The position numbers and the translations under genes were made by a program. Below the pieces are notes generated by a model. That model saw nothing but the letters and a program-made list of their open reading frames with translations, ran no database searches and was not told the DNA's origin. A stretch of DNA of 64,000 bases from an uncultured Chloroflexia bacterium (lineage in GTDB: Bacteria; Chloroflexota; Limnocylindria; Limnocylindrales; CSP1-4), in the NCBI GenBank assembly GCA_963828165.1, contig CAWHDR010000001.1, positions 1,888,001-1,952,000 on the forward strand, written 5' to 3'. Positions 39,381 to 48,653 of the stretch are shown piece by piece (positions within the stretch are counted from its first letter, which is position 1; each line of letters opens with the position of its first letter).

Positions 39381-40445
39381 TCAGCGGCCGCTGATGGGCA
39401 TGGGGCAATGGGTGCCCGAGCACGGGGCCACGGTCACCGACACCGTCGGGCTCACGTCGCCGCGCAGCCCTTCGTTGGTCGGGGTCGAGAAGACCGCCCG
39501 GAAGTCCGCCGAGCCGTAAAGGCGCAGCGCGCTGACGTAGGTACCGGTGGGCGTGGTGTACGGCATCGTCGCGATCGTGGTCCACGTGGTCCCACCCGGC
39601 GGCCGGCGTTGCAGCCTGATCGTCCGACGGGAGACGGGATTGCCACTGAGACGGCCGTAATCCGCGTCCGTGAGGACCTCGAGGAAGGCCGTGAACGTCT
39701 CCGTGCCGCCATACGGGAGCGTGGTGTCGTTGCCGCTCAGCGAGAGCTTCGTCGGAAGGTCCAGGCACGTTGAGTACGGGAACGACGCGTGCTGGGTGTC
39801 GTACCGGATCTGGAGCCGGGCCACGTCGCAGACACCCAGGACGTGCATGTCGAAGCCTTCACGGGGCTTCGTCCGCGAGAACGTCTGCACGACGGCATCC
39901 GTGTAGTCGCGATCGTCCGCAAAGTTGAGGTGGTGACCGAGCCCCTCGATGTGGCCGAACTCATCGAGCGCCACCGTTTCCGCGTCGTAGCAGCCGTTCG
40001 GCGCGCTCGTGTACATCTGGCACCACCTGAGCGTGCCCCAGTCAAAGACCCGGCCATGCTCGCGGAACCACATGGTGAACCCGTCCGGGGCGTCCCGCGT
40101 GAAACACGCCAGCCCGTTCACGCCGCATGTCCCGGTCCCATAGCCGATCGGGTTCGTCCCGGCGGTGTCGTAAGCGAAGAGCGCCGCACGAGACGCTCGC
40201 GTGGCCTCGATATCATCGGCGGCCGCGTTGACCGCGATGCGGATGGGGGCAGGTGGTACGGCGCCCGTCCGCCAGTCGTACTTGAGCGTTCCGTCCTGCG
40301 GGAAGGTCCCACTGCCGAGCGACGGATCTGGTGCGTGTGCCGTTGTCGGCGCCGTCATCGGATGGCTCATCGCGATCGCGATGGCAAGGTTCAGGAGCAG
40401 GGACAGCGCGCGCCGTCCGGGTCGACTCCGGGAGATCATCGCCAC
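39381..40445 (-). CDS. Secreted matrixin/metzincin-like protein with variant motif DEFGHIEGLGH and Ig-like C-terminus
   Basis: Signal peptide; CYDAETVALDEFGHIEGLGH; several Cys; C-terminal beta-rich module LSLSG...IRLQRR...FRAVF...SPTVSVTV. Confidence 0.7.
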   Translation of the reverse strand: MAMISRSRPGRRALSLLLNLAIAIAMSHPMTAPTTAHAPDPSLGSGTFPQDGTLKYDWRTGAVPPAPIRIAVNAAADDIEATRASRAALFAYDTAGTNPIGYGTGTCGVNGLACFTRDAPDGFTMWFREHGRVFDWGTLRWCQMYTSAPNGCYDAETVALDEFGHIEGLGHHLNFADDRDYTDAVVQTFSRTKPREGFDMHVLGVCDVARLQIRYDTQHASFPYSTCLDLPTKLSLSGNDTTLPYGGTETFTAFLEVLTDADYGRLSGNPVSRRTIRLQRRPPGGTTWTTIATMPYTTPTGTYVSALRLYGSADFRAVFSTPTNEGLRGDVSPTVSVTVAPCSGTHCPMPISGR

Positions 40446-41552
40446 ACCTCGTCGAGCTGGACGGTGCGTCCGTCCTGGACGTGGCGGAGCAGCGGTCGGA
40501 GCGAGCCATCGATCGGCAGGCGTCCGTCCGGGCCGAACAGGAGCCAGCCCGGGGGATGCTCGGCGCCGCCGCCGGAACGAGCAGGACCTGGCACCAGCCG
40601 GCGACCGTCGCGATCGCCGTCGATCAGCCGCGGGCCACGGCCATCGAGCCCGACCACTCGCAGGTGGTCGCCATCAGCGCCGACCTCGTGAACGACGATC
40701 GATCGTCCCTCTGCGTCACGGCTCAGCACCGCCTGGCCGGCGGCTGGATCGAGGATCAGCGTGGCGGCCGTCACGACGTCCACGGAGAGCAGCGGGCAGG
40801 GAAGCCCACGGCAGGCGCCGTGCGCGACCAGGCGATCCCCGTCGAACCCGACGACGTCACCGAGCGCTGGATCGGCGACGTTCCGGAGGCGGCCATCTCG
40901 CGGGTCGAGGATTCGGACGCGGCATGCGATCTCGCCGCACGACTGCACCGCCAGCGATCGGCGGTCCTCGGCCCAGACGAAGGTCGTGATCCAGGTAGGG
41001 CCGAAGCGACCGTCGGCCGCGATCGGCGGCAACACGCGCGACGGAGCCTCCTTGCCATCGAGCGCCCGTTGCCAGACACCAAGGTCGGCGCGGGTCCTCC
41101 GGTCGACGCGGAACTCGTAGAGGGTCGAGCCATCAGCGCTGAGCGTTGCCGTCCGGACCACGTCGGTCGTGTCGACCAGCGGCCAGGCACAGCCGCGGAT
41201 CGTATCGACCAGCGACAGCCGGGAGCGACGGCCGTCATCCGTGCCGACCAGCGTCGCGCCGCCGAACGGACCGGCCGCGAACGACTCCGCATCCAGATCG
41301 AGCGCACGCGTGCTGCGATCGCCGGGACGTCCGACGATCAGCCGCTGGCCGATCCGGGTGCCGGCGCCGATGACCGGATCGATCCGGTACCAGCTCGCCG
41401 GGCGCCGATGCGCCGATCCGAGGCAGGCCGGCACACACCTCCGGGGTCCAGGCGCGACCAGGCGCGCCCACCACCGTGGTGGCAATGAGCGCGATCCCAC
41501 CGAGGGCAGCGGCCGCCGGTCCGGCACGACGAAACCAACGTGACTCCACCAT
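40436..41552 (-). CDS. Secreted beta-propeller-like protein, interrupted by a one-base frameshift near 41400
   Basis: N-terminus MVESRWFRRAGPAAAALGGIALIATTVVG (ATG 41552, SD GGAGGAGG) is in the frame of ORF 41235..41609; the body SWYRIDP...LDEVWR is in the frame of ORF 40436..41629; propeller-like repeats and Cys pairs. Confidence 0.65.
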
Positions 41553-41734
41553 GGTCCGATGACCTCCTCCGGCGGCTGGACGATGGCGGGAGGAGGGCGA
41601 GGTCGGCATCGTAGGTAGCCGCCCTTCACCGCTGCTTATCTGGTCGCCGGCGGCAGGCGAAATGCGGCCGCCGACGCCGGCCGGGGGCCCCGCCCAGGCG
41701 GTGTGCTACGCTCCGCGCCGACGTCAGTCGAACG

Positions 41735-41870
41735 CCGCGTGGTCGCGAAGCCCGGTGAGATTCCGGCACAGTCCCGCTACGGTGAACCGCCCTCGGGCGG
41801 AAGTCCGGTCGCCGACCCCACGGTGCATGCTCGAACCTTCGAGAGAAAGGTAGGCAGGACCGTGCACACC
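41735..41870 (+). ncRNA. Cobalamin riboswitch (compact, class II-like)
   Basis: GCGAAG-CCCGGTGAGATTCCGGC-ACAGTCCCGCTACGGTGA-hairpin-AAGTCCGG B12 box, enclosed by GGTC/GACC; downstream ACCTTCGAGAGAAAGGT kissing-loop hairpin; TG-N-TACGCT -10 at 41704-41712; upstream of btuF. Confidence 0.9.
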
Positions 41871-41968
41871 ATCCCCTGACCCCTCCTTCGACCCGCATCG
41901 AAGCGAGGGGTCTTGCGCGTGCCGCAGGCCCCTCCGGCTCCTCGAACCCGCCCCGGAGGAACCCCGCC

Positions 41969-42988
41969 GTGTCTCTACGCTCCCGACGCCGAGGCGTCGC
42001 CATGTCCCTGGCGTTGTCCGTCCTGTTGGCGGCCTGCGCCGCTCCCGCAGCGGCGCCGACGTCCGCGCCGTCGTCGGCGCCAGCCACCATGTCTGCACCG
42101 CCGCCCTCGACCGAACCCAGTCCGTCGGCGGCGGCCTTCCCCATGACGATCACCGACGACGAGGGCACCGAGGTCGAGCTCGCCGCCGAGCCCGAAGTCA
42201 TCGTGTCGCTCACGCCAGCCAACACCGAGATCCTCTTCGAGCTCGGAGCCGGCGCTCGGGTGGTGGCGACCGACGATGGGACCGACTATCCCGAAGCGGC
42301 TGTCGCGCTCCCCGACGTCGCGACATTCTCGAGCGTCGACGTGGAGCAGGTCGTCAATCTCGAACCGGATCTCGTCCTCGCCGGCGGCCTGGGATTCACG
42401 CCGGCCGACGTCATCACGCAGCTCCGTGCCCTCGATATCCCGGTGCTCGTCCTGTACGCGCCCTCGGTGGAGGGGGTATACCAGGACATCGAGCTCATCG
42501 GCACGGCCACCGGGACCAGCGAGGCCGCCGAGGCCGTGACGTCAGGCATGCGCGCCGAGATCGACGCGATCAGCGAGGCCGTCGCCGCCTCCGGGACACC
42601 GCCGCGCGTGTTCTACGAGATCGGCTACGACGGGACGACCGGGGCGATCTTCGCGCCCGCCGAGGACTCGTTCGTGGCCGAGATGGTGACGCTGGCGGGC
42701 GGTGACACGATCACGACCGGCGACCCGGCTACCTACGAGATCGCGCTCGAGCAGCTGATCGAGCAGGACCCCCAGGTCATCGTCCTCGGGATCAACCCGT
42801 TCTACGAGCCGACGCCCGAGGACGTGGCGGCGCGCCCCGGGTGGAAGGTGATGACGGCCGTCGCCAACGACGATGTCCGAACCGTCCGCGACACGGAGAT
42901 CACCCGGCCCGGGCCGCGCTTGCCGCTTGGGTTGCGAAACCTCGCGACGAGCATCCGGCCGGACGTCACCCTCCCGGCCGCGCCATAA
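41969..42988 (+). CDS. btuF: Cobalamin ABC transporter substrate-binding lipoprotein
   Basis: LLAAC lipobox; ITDDEG, IVSLTPANTEILFELG, LEPDLVL and RPGPR motifs; under the B12 riboswitch. Confidence 0.88.
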   Translation: MSLRSRRRGVAMSLALSVLLAACAAPAAAPTSAPSSAPATMSAPPPSTEPSPSAAAFPMTITDDEGTEVELAAEPEVIVSLTPANTEILFELGAGARVVATDDGTDYPEAAVALPDVATFSSVDVEQVVNLEPDLVLAGGLGFTPADVITQLRALDIPVLVLYAPSVEGVYQDIELIGTATGTSEAAEAVTSGMRAEIDAISEAVAASGTPPRVFYEIGYDGTTGAIFAPAEDSFVAEMVTLAGGDTITTGDPATYEIALEQLIEQDPQVIVLGINPFYEPTPEDVAARPGWKVMTAVANDDVRTVRDTEITRPGPRLPLGLRNLATSIRPDVTLPAAP

Positions 42989-42993
42989 CCCGC

Positions 42994-44073
42994 ATGGCCG
43001 CCGGCGCCCTCGCACCCGACCTGGACTCCGGCGGCGGCGTCGCCGCATGGGTTCGCGGTCGGCCCGTCGTCGTCGGCGTGGGGGCCCTCGTCGTTCTCCT
43101 GGTCTCGGTGGTCCTTGGCGTCGGGCTCGGGTCCGTGCAGATCGGCCCAGGCGAGACGGTGGGCGTGATCCTGTGGCGGACGCTCGGCATCCGGATCGGC
43201 CTGGACTGGAGCGCAGCGAGCGAAGCGATCATCTGGGACCTGCGCCTGCCGCGAGTGCTCACGGCGATGGTGATCGGGTCGGGGCTCGCGGTCGCGGGCG
43301 CGACGTTCCAGGGATTGCTCCGCAACCCCCTGGCTGACCCCTACGTGCTGGGCACCGCTTCGGGCGCGGCACTCGGGGCGGCCATCGCGGTGCTGATCCC
43401 CGTCCAAATCGTGGTCGTACAGTTCGGGCTGCTGCACGCGTTCGCGTTTGCCGGAGCCATGTTGTCCGCCTACGTCGTGTTCCGGCTCGGTGGCTCCGGT
43501 GGGCCTGGCGGACTGACCCGCCTCCTCCTGACCGGCTACGCCGTCGGGTCCGTGCTCGCGGCGCTCCTCACGATGGCCATGTACGTGTCCGGTGCGGACC
43601 TGCGCCAGATCTTCTCGTTCCTGCTCGGCGGACTGGCGGGTGCATCGTGGCCCCGCCTCGCCATATCGGCGCCGCTGATCATCGGTGCCAGCGTCCTCAT
43701 GATCTTGCGATCTCGCGCTCTCGACGGCCTGCTCCTGGGCGATGCCGCGGCGGGTCACCTCGGCATCGACGTCCGGCGCGAACGGGGCATCCTGCTCGCG
43801 CTTGCGTCCCTGGCGACGGCGGCCGGCGTCGCGATCAGCGGGCTGATCGGCTTCGTTGGGCTGGTCGTGCCGCACGTCGTCCGCCTGGTGGTCGGCCCGG
43901 CGGCACGGCGGGTGCTGCCGATCTCCGCGATCTTCGGCGCGGCGCTCCTGTCCGCGGCCGACCTCGTCGCCCGCCTCGTCGGCGACATCCCGGTCGGCGT
44001 GGTGATGGCACTGCTGGGCGCGCCGTTCTTCCTGTTCCTCCTCCAGCGAACGCGCTCGAGCTACGAGCTGTGA
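42994..44073 (+). CDS. btuC: Cobalamin ABC transporter permease (FecCD family)
   Basis: DLRLPR, QGLLRNPLADPYVLG and GLIGFVGLVVPH motifs. Confidence 0.88.
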   Translation: MAAGALAPDLDSGGGVAAWVRGRPVVVGVGALVVLLVSVVLGVGLGSVQIGPGETVGVILWRTLGIRIGLDWSAASEAIIWDLRLPRVLTAMVIGSGLAVAGATFQGLLRNPLADPYVLGTASGAALGAAIAVLIPVQIVVVQFGLLHAFAFAGAMLSAYVVFRLGGSGGPGGLTRLLLTGYAVGSVLAALLTMAMYVSGADLRQIFSFLLGGLAGASWPRLAISAPLIIGASVLMILRSRALDGLLLGDAAAGHLGIDVRRERGILLALASLATAAGVAISGLIGFVGLVVPHVVRLVVGPAARRVLPISAIFGAALLSAADLVARLVGDIPVGVVMALLGAPFFLFLLQRTRSSYEL

Positions 44074-44837
44074 CCGCCATGGAACCGATCCTCGCCGCGC
44101 ATGACGTCACGGTCGCCTACGGGGACCGGCGTGTCGTGTCCGGCGCGACGCTCGCGGTCGGGGGCGGCGAGCGTGTCGCCCTGGTCGGGCCGAACGGGGC
44201 CGGCAAGTCGAGCCTGCTACGCGCGATGACCGGCGTGCTGCGCGCGACCTCCGGCTCCGTCCACCTGTGTGGAGCTCCCATCGAGACGGCCGAACGCTCC
44301 GCCGTCGCGCGAACCATCGCGGTCGTCCCCGAGCTGATCCAACTGCCGTTCGAGATGCCGGTCCACGAGGTCGTGGCCCTGGGCCGGCTCCCGCACGAGC
44401 CGCCGTTCACCGGCCTGCGTCCGGCCGATCGCCTCGCCGTCACCGGCGCGATGGAACGAGTGGGCATCAGCCATCTCGGCCACCGTGACGTGCGCGAGCT
44501 GTCGATGGGCGAGCGCCAGCTGGTGTTCATCGCCGTGGCGGTCGCTCAGTCGGCGCAGATCCTGGTCCTCGACGAGCCGACCGCGCACCTCGACATCCGC
44601 CACCAAGTTGACGTCATGGAGCTGCTCGTTGACCTCAACCAGCGCGACGGCACGACGGTCGTGGCGGTCCTCCACGACTTGGCCCTCGCCGCACACTTCT
44701 TTCCTCGCGTGGCGGTCCTGAGCGAAGGCCGCATCGTGGCGGACGGATCGCCGGCCACGACCCTGGGGCCCGATCGGATCCGGTCGGTGTTCGGGGTCGA
44801 CCCCGCGCTCGTGCGCCTGCCGGTCGGGGCGAGCTGA
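44070..44837 (+). CDS. btuD: Cobalamin ABC transporter ATP-binding subunit
   Basis: GPNGAGKS, LSMGERQ, LDEPTAHLD and VLHDL motifs; start GTG 44070 or ATG 44079. Confidence 0.85.
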   Translation: MTAMEPILAAHDVTVAYGDRRVVSGATLAVGGGERVALVGPNGAGKSSLLRAMTGVLRATSGSVHLCGAPIETAERSAVARTIAVVPELIQLPFEMPVHEVVALGRLPHEPPFTGLRPADRLAVTGAMERVGISHLGHRDVRELSMGERQLVFIAVAVAQSAQILVLDEPTAHLDIRHQVDVMELLVDLNQRDGTTVVAVLHDLALAAHFFPRVAVLSEGRIVADGSPATTLGPDRIRSVFGVDPALVRLPVGAS

Positions 44838-44839
44838 CC

Positions 44840-45622
44840 ATGGAACGCATCGTGCCTCGTTCGGCGGGATCCGTCGGGGTGGTCGCGACGGTCAAGGCTG
44901 CGGTCGGACTCCTGACCCGGCTGCCCATTGGCGCCGTCGCGGACGTCCCAGGCGCAGCAGCTTTCGCCCTCGTCGGGGCGGCCGTCGGGGCCTTCGCCGG
45001 GGTCGCTCTCGTGGCCCTGGCCTTGGCCGGCGAGCCGGTGCTGGGTTCGATCGCCGCGGTCGGGCTGCTTGCCGCGGTGTCGGGCGGGCTGCACCTGGAC
45101 GGACTGGCCGATACGACCGACGCCCTGGTGGCACCAGACGCCTCTGCCGCGGAACGTGCGCGGGAGGATCCCGCGGTGGGACCTGGCGGCGCGGTCGCGC
45201 TCGCACTCGTCCTGGGCGCCGAGATCGCCGCGATCGCCTCGGTGGCGGCGTCGTGGAGCCCCATCGTTGCCGGAGCGGCCGTCGTCATCGGCGGCGCGTC
45301 GTCGCGCTGGATGCCGGTCCTCGCCGTCGTCGTGCTCCGGGACCGGGTCGGACTCGACGGCCTCGGCGGCTGGTTCACCAACGCCGTGTCGGGTCGCGAC
45401 GCGATCGTGGGCGCCGTGACGGTCGCGCTGGCCATGGGTGCCGGCATCGCCATCGGAGGATGGGCACTCGGGCTGGGGACGCTGATCGGAGCGGCGGCCG
45501 GCATCGGCGCGACCGCTGGCATCACCCGGGCCCGCGGCCGGCTCGACGGAGACGGCCTGGGTGCGTCCGTCGAGATCACGTTGACGGCGACGCTCGTATG
45601 TCTGGCCGTGGTCGCGCCGTGA
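44840..45622 (+). CDS. cobS: Adenosylcobinamide-GDP ribazoletransferase
   Basis: LLTRLP, GGLHLDGLADTTD, DP.VG..G and G.L.GD.LGA motifs. Confidence 0.88.
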   Translation: MERIVPRSAGSVGVVATVKAAVGLLTRLPIGAVADVPGAAAFALVGAAVGAFAGVALVALALAGEPVLGSIAAVGLLAAVSGGLHLDGLADTTDALVAPDASAAERAREDPAVGPGGAVALALVLGAEIAAIASVAASWSPIVAGAAVVIGGASSRWMPVLAVVVLRDRVGLDGLGGWFTNAVSGRDAIVGAVTVALAMGAGIAIGGWALGLGTLIGAAAGIGATAGITRARGRLDGDGLGASVEITLTATLVCLAVVAP

Positions 45623-45644
45623 CCGAGGCGACGGAGGTGCGGCC

Positions 45645-46190
45645 GTGGCGAGCCCCCTGATCTTCGCCGTCGGCGGTACGCGCAGCGGCAAGAGCCGGTT
45701 CGGCCTGGCGGCCACGAAGCGGCTGGCGGGTGACGGCCGAGCGTGGTTCCTCGGGACCGCATGGCCCGGCGACCCCGAGCTCGACGACCGGATCGCCCGA
45801 CATCGGCGAGAGCGCCCGGCCTCGTGGCCGACGATCGAGGTGGGGCCGGACCTGGTCGCCGCCCTCGCACGTACGGACCCATGGGAGCCGGTCCTCATCG
45901 ATGGATTGACGCTCTGGCTCAGCACGCTGCTCGGTGACGACGTTCCGGACATCGACCCGATCCTGGACGGGCCGGTCGCTGCCGGCTTCGCGGCGATCGC
46001 GACGCGCCCGGGTCCCGTGGTCGTGGTGAGCGACGAAGTCGGGCTTGGGATCGTCCCGATGCATGCCGGCGCCCGCGCCTACCGCGATCTCGTCGGAATC
46101 GCCCACCAGCGGCTCGCGGCGATGGCGGACGAGGCATACCTGCTCGTGGCGGGCCTACCGGTGACGTTGAAGGGAGCAGACCCGTCGTGA
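45645..46190 (+). CDS. cobU: Adenosylcobinamide kinase/phosphate guanylyltransferase
   Basis: GGTRSGKS, RIARHRRERP..W.TIE, LIDGLTLW, VSDEVGLGIVP and VAGLP motifs. Confidence 0.92.
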   Translation: MASPLIFAVGGTRSGKSRFGLAATKRLAGDGRAWFLGTAWPGDPELDDRIARHRRERPASWPTIEVGPDLVAALARTDPWEPVLIDGLTLWLSTLLGDDVPDIDPILDGPVAAGFAAIATRPGPVVVVSDEVGLGIVPMHAGARAYRDLVGIAHQRLAAMADEAYLLVAGLPVTLKGADPS

Positions 46191-47317
46191 CCGCTCGCGT
46201 CGCCGTCGGCCTCGATGACACGCTCGCCGCGATCGCCGGTCTCGGCTCGCTGGATGAGAGGGCGATGGCGGGCGCCCGGGCTCACCTCGATGGTCTGACG
46301 AAGCCGCCGGGCAGCCTCGGCCGGCTCGAGGAGCTGGTCATCGACATGGCCGGCATCACCGGGCAGCCGTTTCCGCCGATGGTTCAGCGAGCGATCGTCG
46401 TCGCGGCCGGCGACCACGGCGTCGCCAGGCGGGGAGTCTCGGCCTACCCCTCGGACGTGACGGCCCAGATGCTCGCCAACTTCGTGGCGGGTGGGGCGGC
46501 CATCAACGTCCTGGCGGAAGCGGTCGGAGCGTCGCTCACCGTGGTCGACGTGGGTGTCGCCGGCCCGGTCGCTCCGACACAACCCGGCGACGAGCGTGGC
46601 GGCCGCCTGGTCCGTGGTCGGATCCGATCCGGGACGGCGGATATGACCGAAGGCCCGGCGATGACCCGGTCAGAGGCGCTCCGTTCGATCGACGTCGGCC
46701 TGGACCTCGTCGCCGATCTGCGCGCTTCGGGCGTCGAGCTCGTCGGCATCGGCGAGATGGGCATCGGCAATACCACGGCTGCGAGCGCGATCGTGGCCGT
46801 GCAGACGGGAGCGATGCCGGCCGCCGTGACCGGCCGCGGGACCGGCATCGATGACGCGTCACACCGGCGCAAGATCGCGATCATCGAGCAAGCGATCGCC
46901 CGCAACACACCCGACTCGGCCGACCCGATCGGCGTCCTCGCCGCGGTCGGCGGGCTCGAGATCGGAGCGTTGGTCGGCGTCATCCTGGGTGCCGTTGCTA
47001 ACCGAGTGCCCGTGGTCCTGGACGGGTTCATCACCGGCGCGGCCGCGCTCCTGGCGACCGGGCTAGCGCCGGGGATCGCGGGACGCGTCATCGCCGCGCA
47101 CCGCAGCATCGAGCCCGGTCACTCCATCGTGCTCGAGCGATTGGGCCTGCTGCCGCTGCTGGACCTCGACCTCCGGCTCGGCGAGGGGACGGGAGCGGCC
47201 CTCGCCATCGGTCTGATCGATGCAGCCGTGCGACTCCGCGACGGGATGGCGACCTTCGCATCGGCTGCCGTTTCCGGGCCGCTCGAGGCAACCACTGGAC
47301 CCGGCGCGCCGGCGTGA
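46187..47317 (+). CDS. cobT: Nicotinate-nucleotide-dimethylbenzimidazole phosphoribosyltransferase
   Basis: LTKPPGSLGRLE, DHGV, GEMGIGNTT, GGLEI and LRLGEGTGA motifs. Confidence 0.95.
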   Translation: MTARVAVGLDDTLAAIAGLGSLDERAMAGARAHLDGLTKPPGSLGRLEELVIDMAGITGQPFPPMVQRAIVVAAGDHGVARRGVSAYPSDVTAQMLANFVAGGAAINVLAEAVGASLTVVDVGVAGPVAPTQPGDERGGRLVRGRIRSGTADMTEGPAMTRSEALRSIDVGLDLVADLRASGVELVGIGEMGIGNTTAASAIVAVQTGAMPAAVTGRGTGIDDASHRRKIAIIEQAIARNTPDSADPIGVLAAVGGLEIGALVGVILGAVANRVPVVLDGFITGAAALLATGLAPGIAGRVIAAHRSIEPGHSIVLERLGLLPLLDLDLRLGEGTGAALAIGLIDAAVRLRDGMATFASAAVSGPLEATTGPGAPA

Positions 47318-47907
47318 AGGACGTCGTCTTCGTCCGCCATGCGTCGACGAGCTGGACGGGATGCCGGTACTGCGGCCGGAGCGACCCGCCCCTCGACGCC
47401 CCGGGCCTCGCCGCCGCGCGAGTACTCGCCGCGGAGCTCGCCCCGACCCTGCCGCGTGGTGTACTCCTGCTCACAAGCCCGGCGCGTCGGGCGCGCGCGA
47501 CGGCCGAGATGATTGCGTCCGCCGCCGATGTCACCGCAGTGGAGGTCGACGATCGCTGGCGCGAAGCGGATTTCGGCATCGCTGAAGGCCGCACGTTCGA
47601 CGAGCTTGCCGAGATCGAGCCGCAGCTCGCCGAGGACGTGGCCCGAGGGGTCACGGACATCGACTGGCCCGGAGGCGAGACAGCCGCGAACCTGGGCGCG
47701 CGGATCGAGGAGGCATGGACCGCGCTCATCGCCCGTGGCCGACCTGCGGTCGTCGTCTCGCATGCCGGGGCCATCCGTCACGCCGTGGCCCTCGCGCGCT
47801 GCCTCCCGACCGACGCGGTCGCGGTGCTGGCTCCAGCGACATCCGTTCGTGTGGAGGTCCTCCCGGAGGGGGAGGAATCTGCACGCGTGCTACCCTCCCG
47901 TCCGTGA
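47314..47907 (+). CDS. cobC: Histidine phosphatase (alpha-ribazole-5'-phosphate phosphatase candidate)
   Basis: VRHA, CGRSD.PL, SP..RA, E.DFG..EG and SHAG.IR motifs; follows cobT. Confidence 0.8.
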   Translation: MKDVVFVRHASTSWTGCRYCGRSDPPLDAPGLAAARVLAAELAPTLPRGVLLLTSPARRARATAEMIASAADVTAVEVDDRWREADFGIAEGRTFDELAEIEPQLAEDVARGVTDIDWPGGETAANLGARIEEAWTALIARGRPAVVVSHAGAIRHAVALARCLPTDAVAVLAPATSVRVEVLPEGEESARVLPSRP

Positions 47908-48641
47908 CGCGACCTCGATCGAGCGCGCCGGCACGTTCCCGCCCGGCCCGTCGTCGGTCCCACCCATGGCTGCTTCTCCCGGTCCTCGCGGCGCTGCTCG
48001 TCGTGGGCTGCATCGGGCAGGACGAGGTCCGCGACGACCCGACGCCCTCACCAGCAGCCAGCGCGAGCGTGGCCGCTCCGTCTGTCGCGCCGACCGCCGA
48101 GGCCAGCGCGTCCGCGGAAATTTCAGCGCCGGCGACGGCGGAGCCGACCCCGTCCGAGGCCGCAGCCCCGAGCCCGACCGTCCCAGCGAGCGAAGAGCCG
48201 TCGCCGTCGGGCGAGGCGGGATCCGCGGCCGCCTGCAGTGGCAACGACGACAACCGCTCGTTCTTCTCGGACGCCGCCAACGCCTTCGACTGGCCCGTGT
48301 ACTGCGCAGTCCTGCCGGCCCGCTGGTTCGTCGCGGACGGCCAGTACCGGTCGGCCAGGGGTGGCTGGCTCGAGATCTTCTACCAAGGCCCGGGAGGCGC
48401 GCGGTTCGAGCTGCATGAGGGCGGCTTCTGCGAAGCCGCCGACGGGTGCGTGCCGGGCGGGCTCGAGGCCGGCACGGCGGCGTTCGGGGACCAGTCGGGG
48501 GGGTTGGTGCATGTCGTCGACGGCCGTTTCGCGATCGTCGTCGATCGCGGCGCCGCTCGCAGTTGGCTGGCCATCGGGCAGGGCATGGACATCGAAACGT
48601 TCAAGGGCCTGGCTGCGGCCCTGACGCGCGTCGAGGATTAG
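47904..48641 (+). CDS. Putative lipoprotein with a Pro/Ser/Ala linker and Cys-containing domain
   Basis: LLVVGC lipobox; ACSG, VYCAVLP and FC....GC motifs; TACCCT 7 nt upstream of the GTG. Confidence 0.7.
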   Translation: MTRPRSSAPARSRPARRRSHPWLLLPVLAALLVVGCIGQDEVRDDPTPSPAASASVAAPSVAPTAEASASAEISAPATAEPTPSEAAAPSPTVPASEEPSPSGEAGSAAACSGNDDNRSFFSDAANAFDWPVYCAVLPARWFVADGQYRSARGGWLEIFYQGPGGARFELHEGGFCEAADGCVPGGLEAGTAAFGDQSGGLVHVVDGRFAIVVDRGAARSWLAIGQGMDIETFKGLAAALTRVED

Positions 48642-48653
48642 CCCTCGGCGAGT

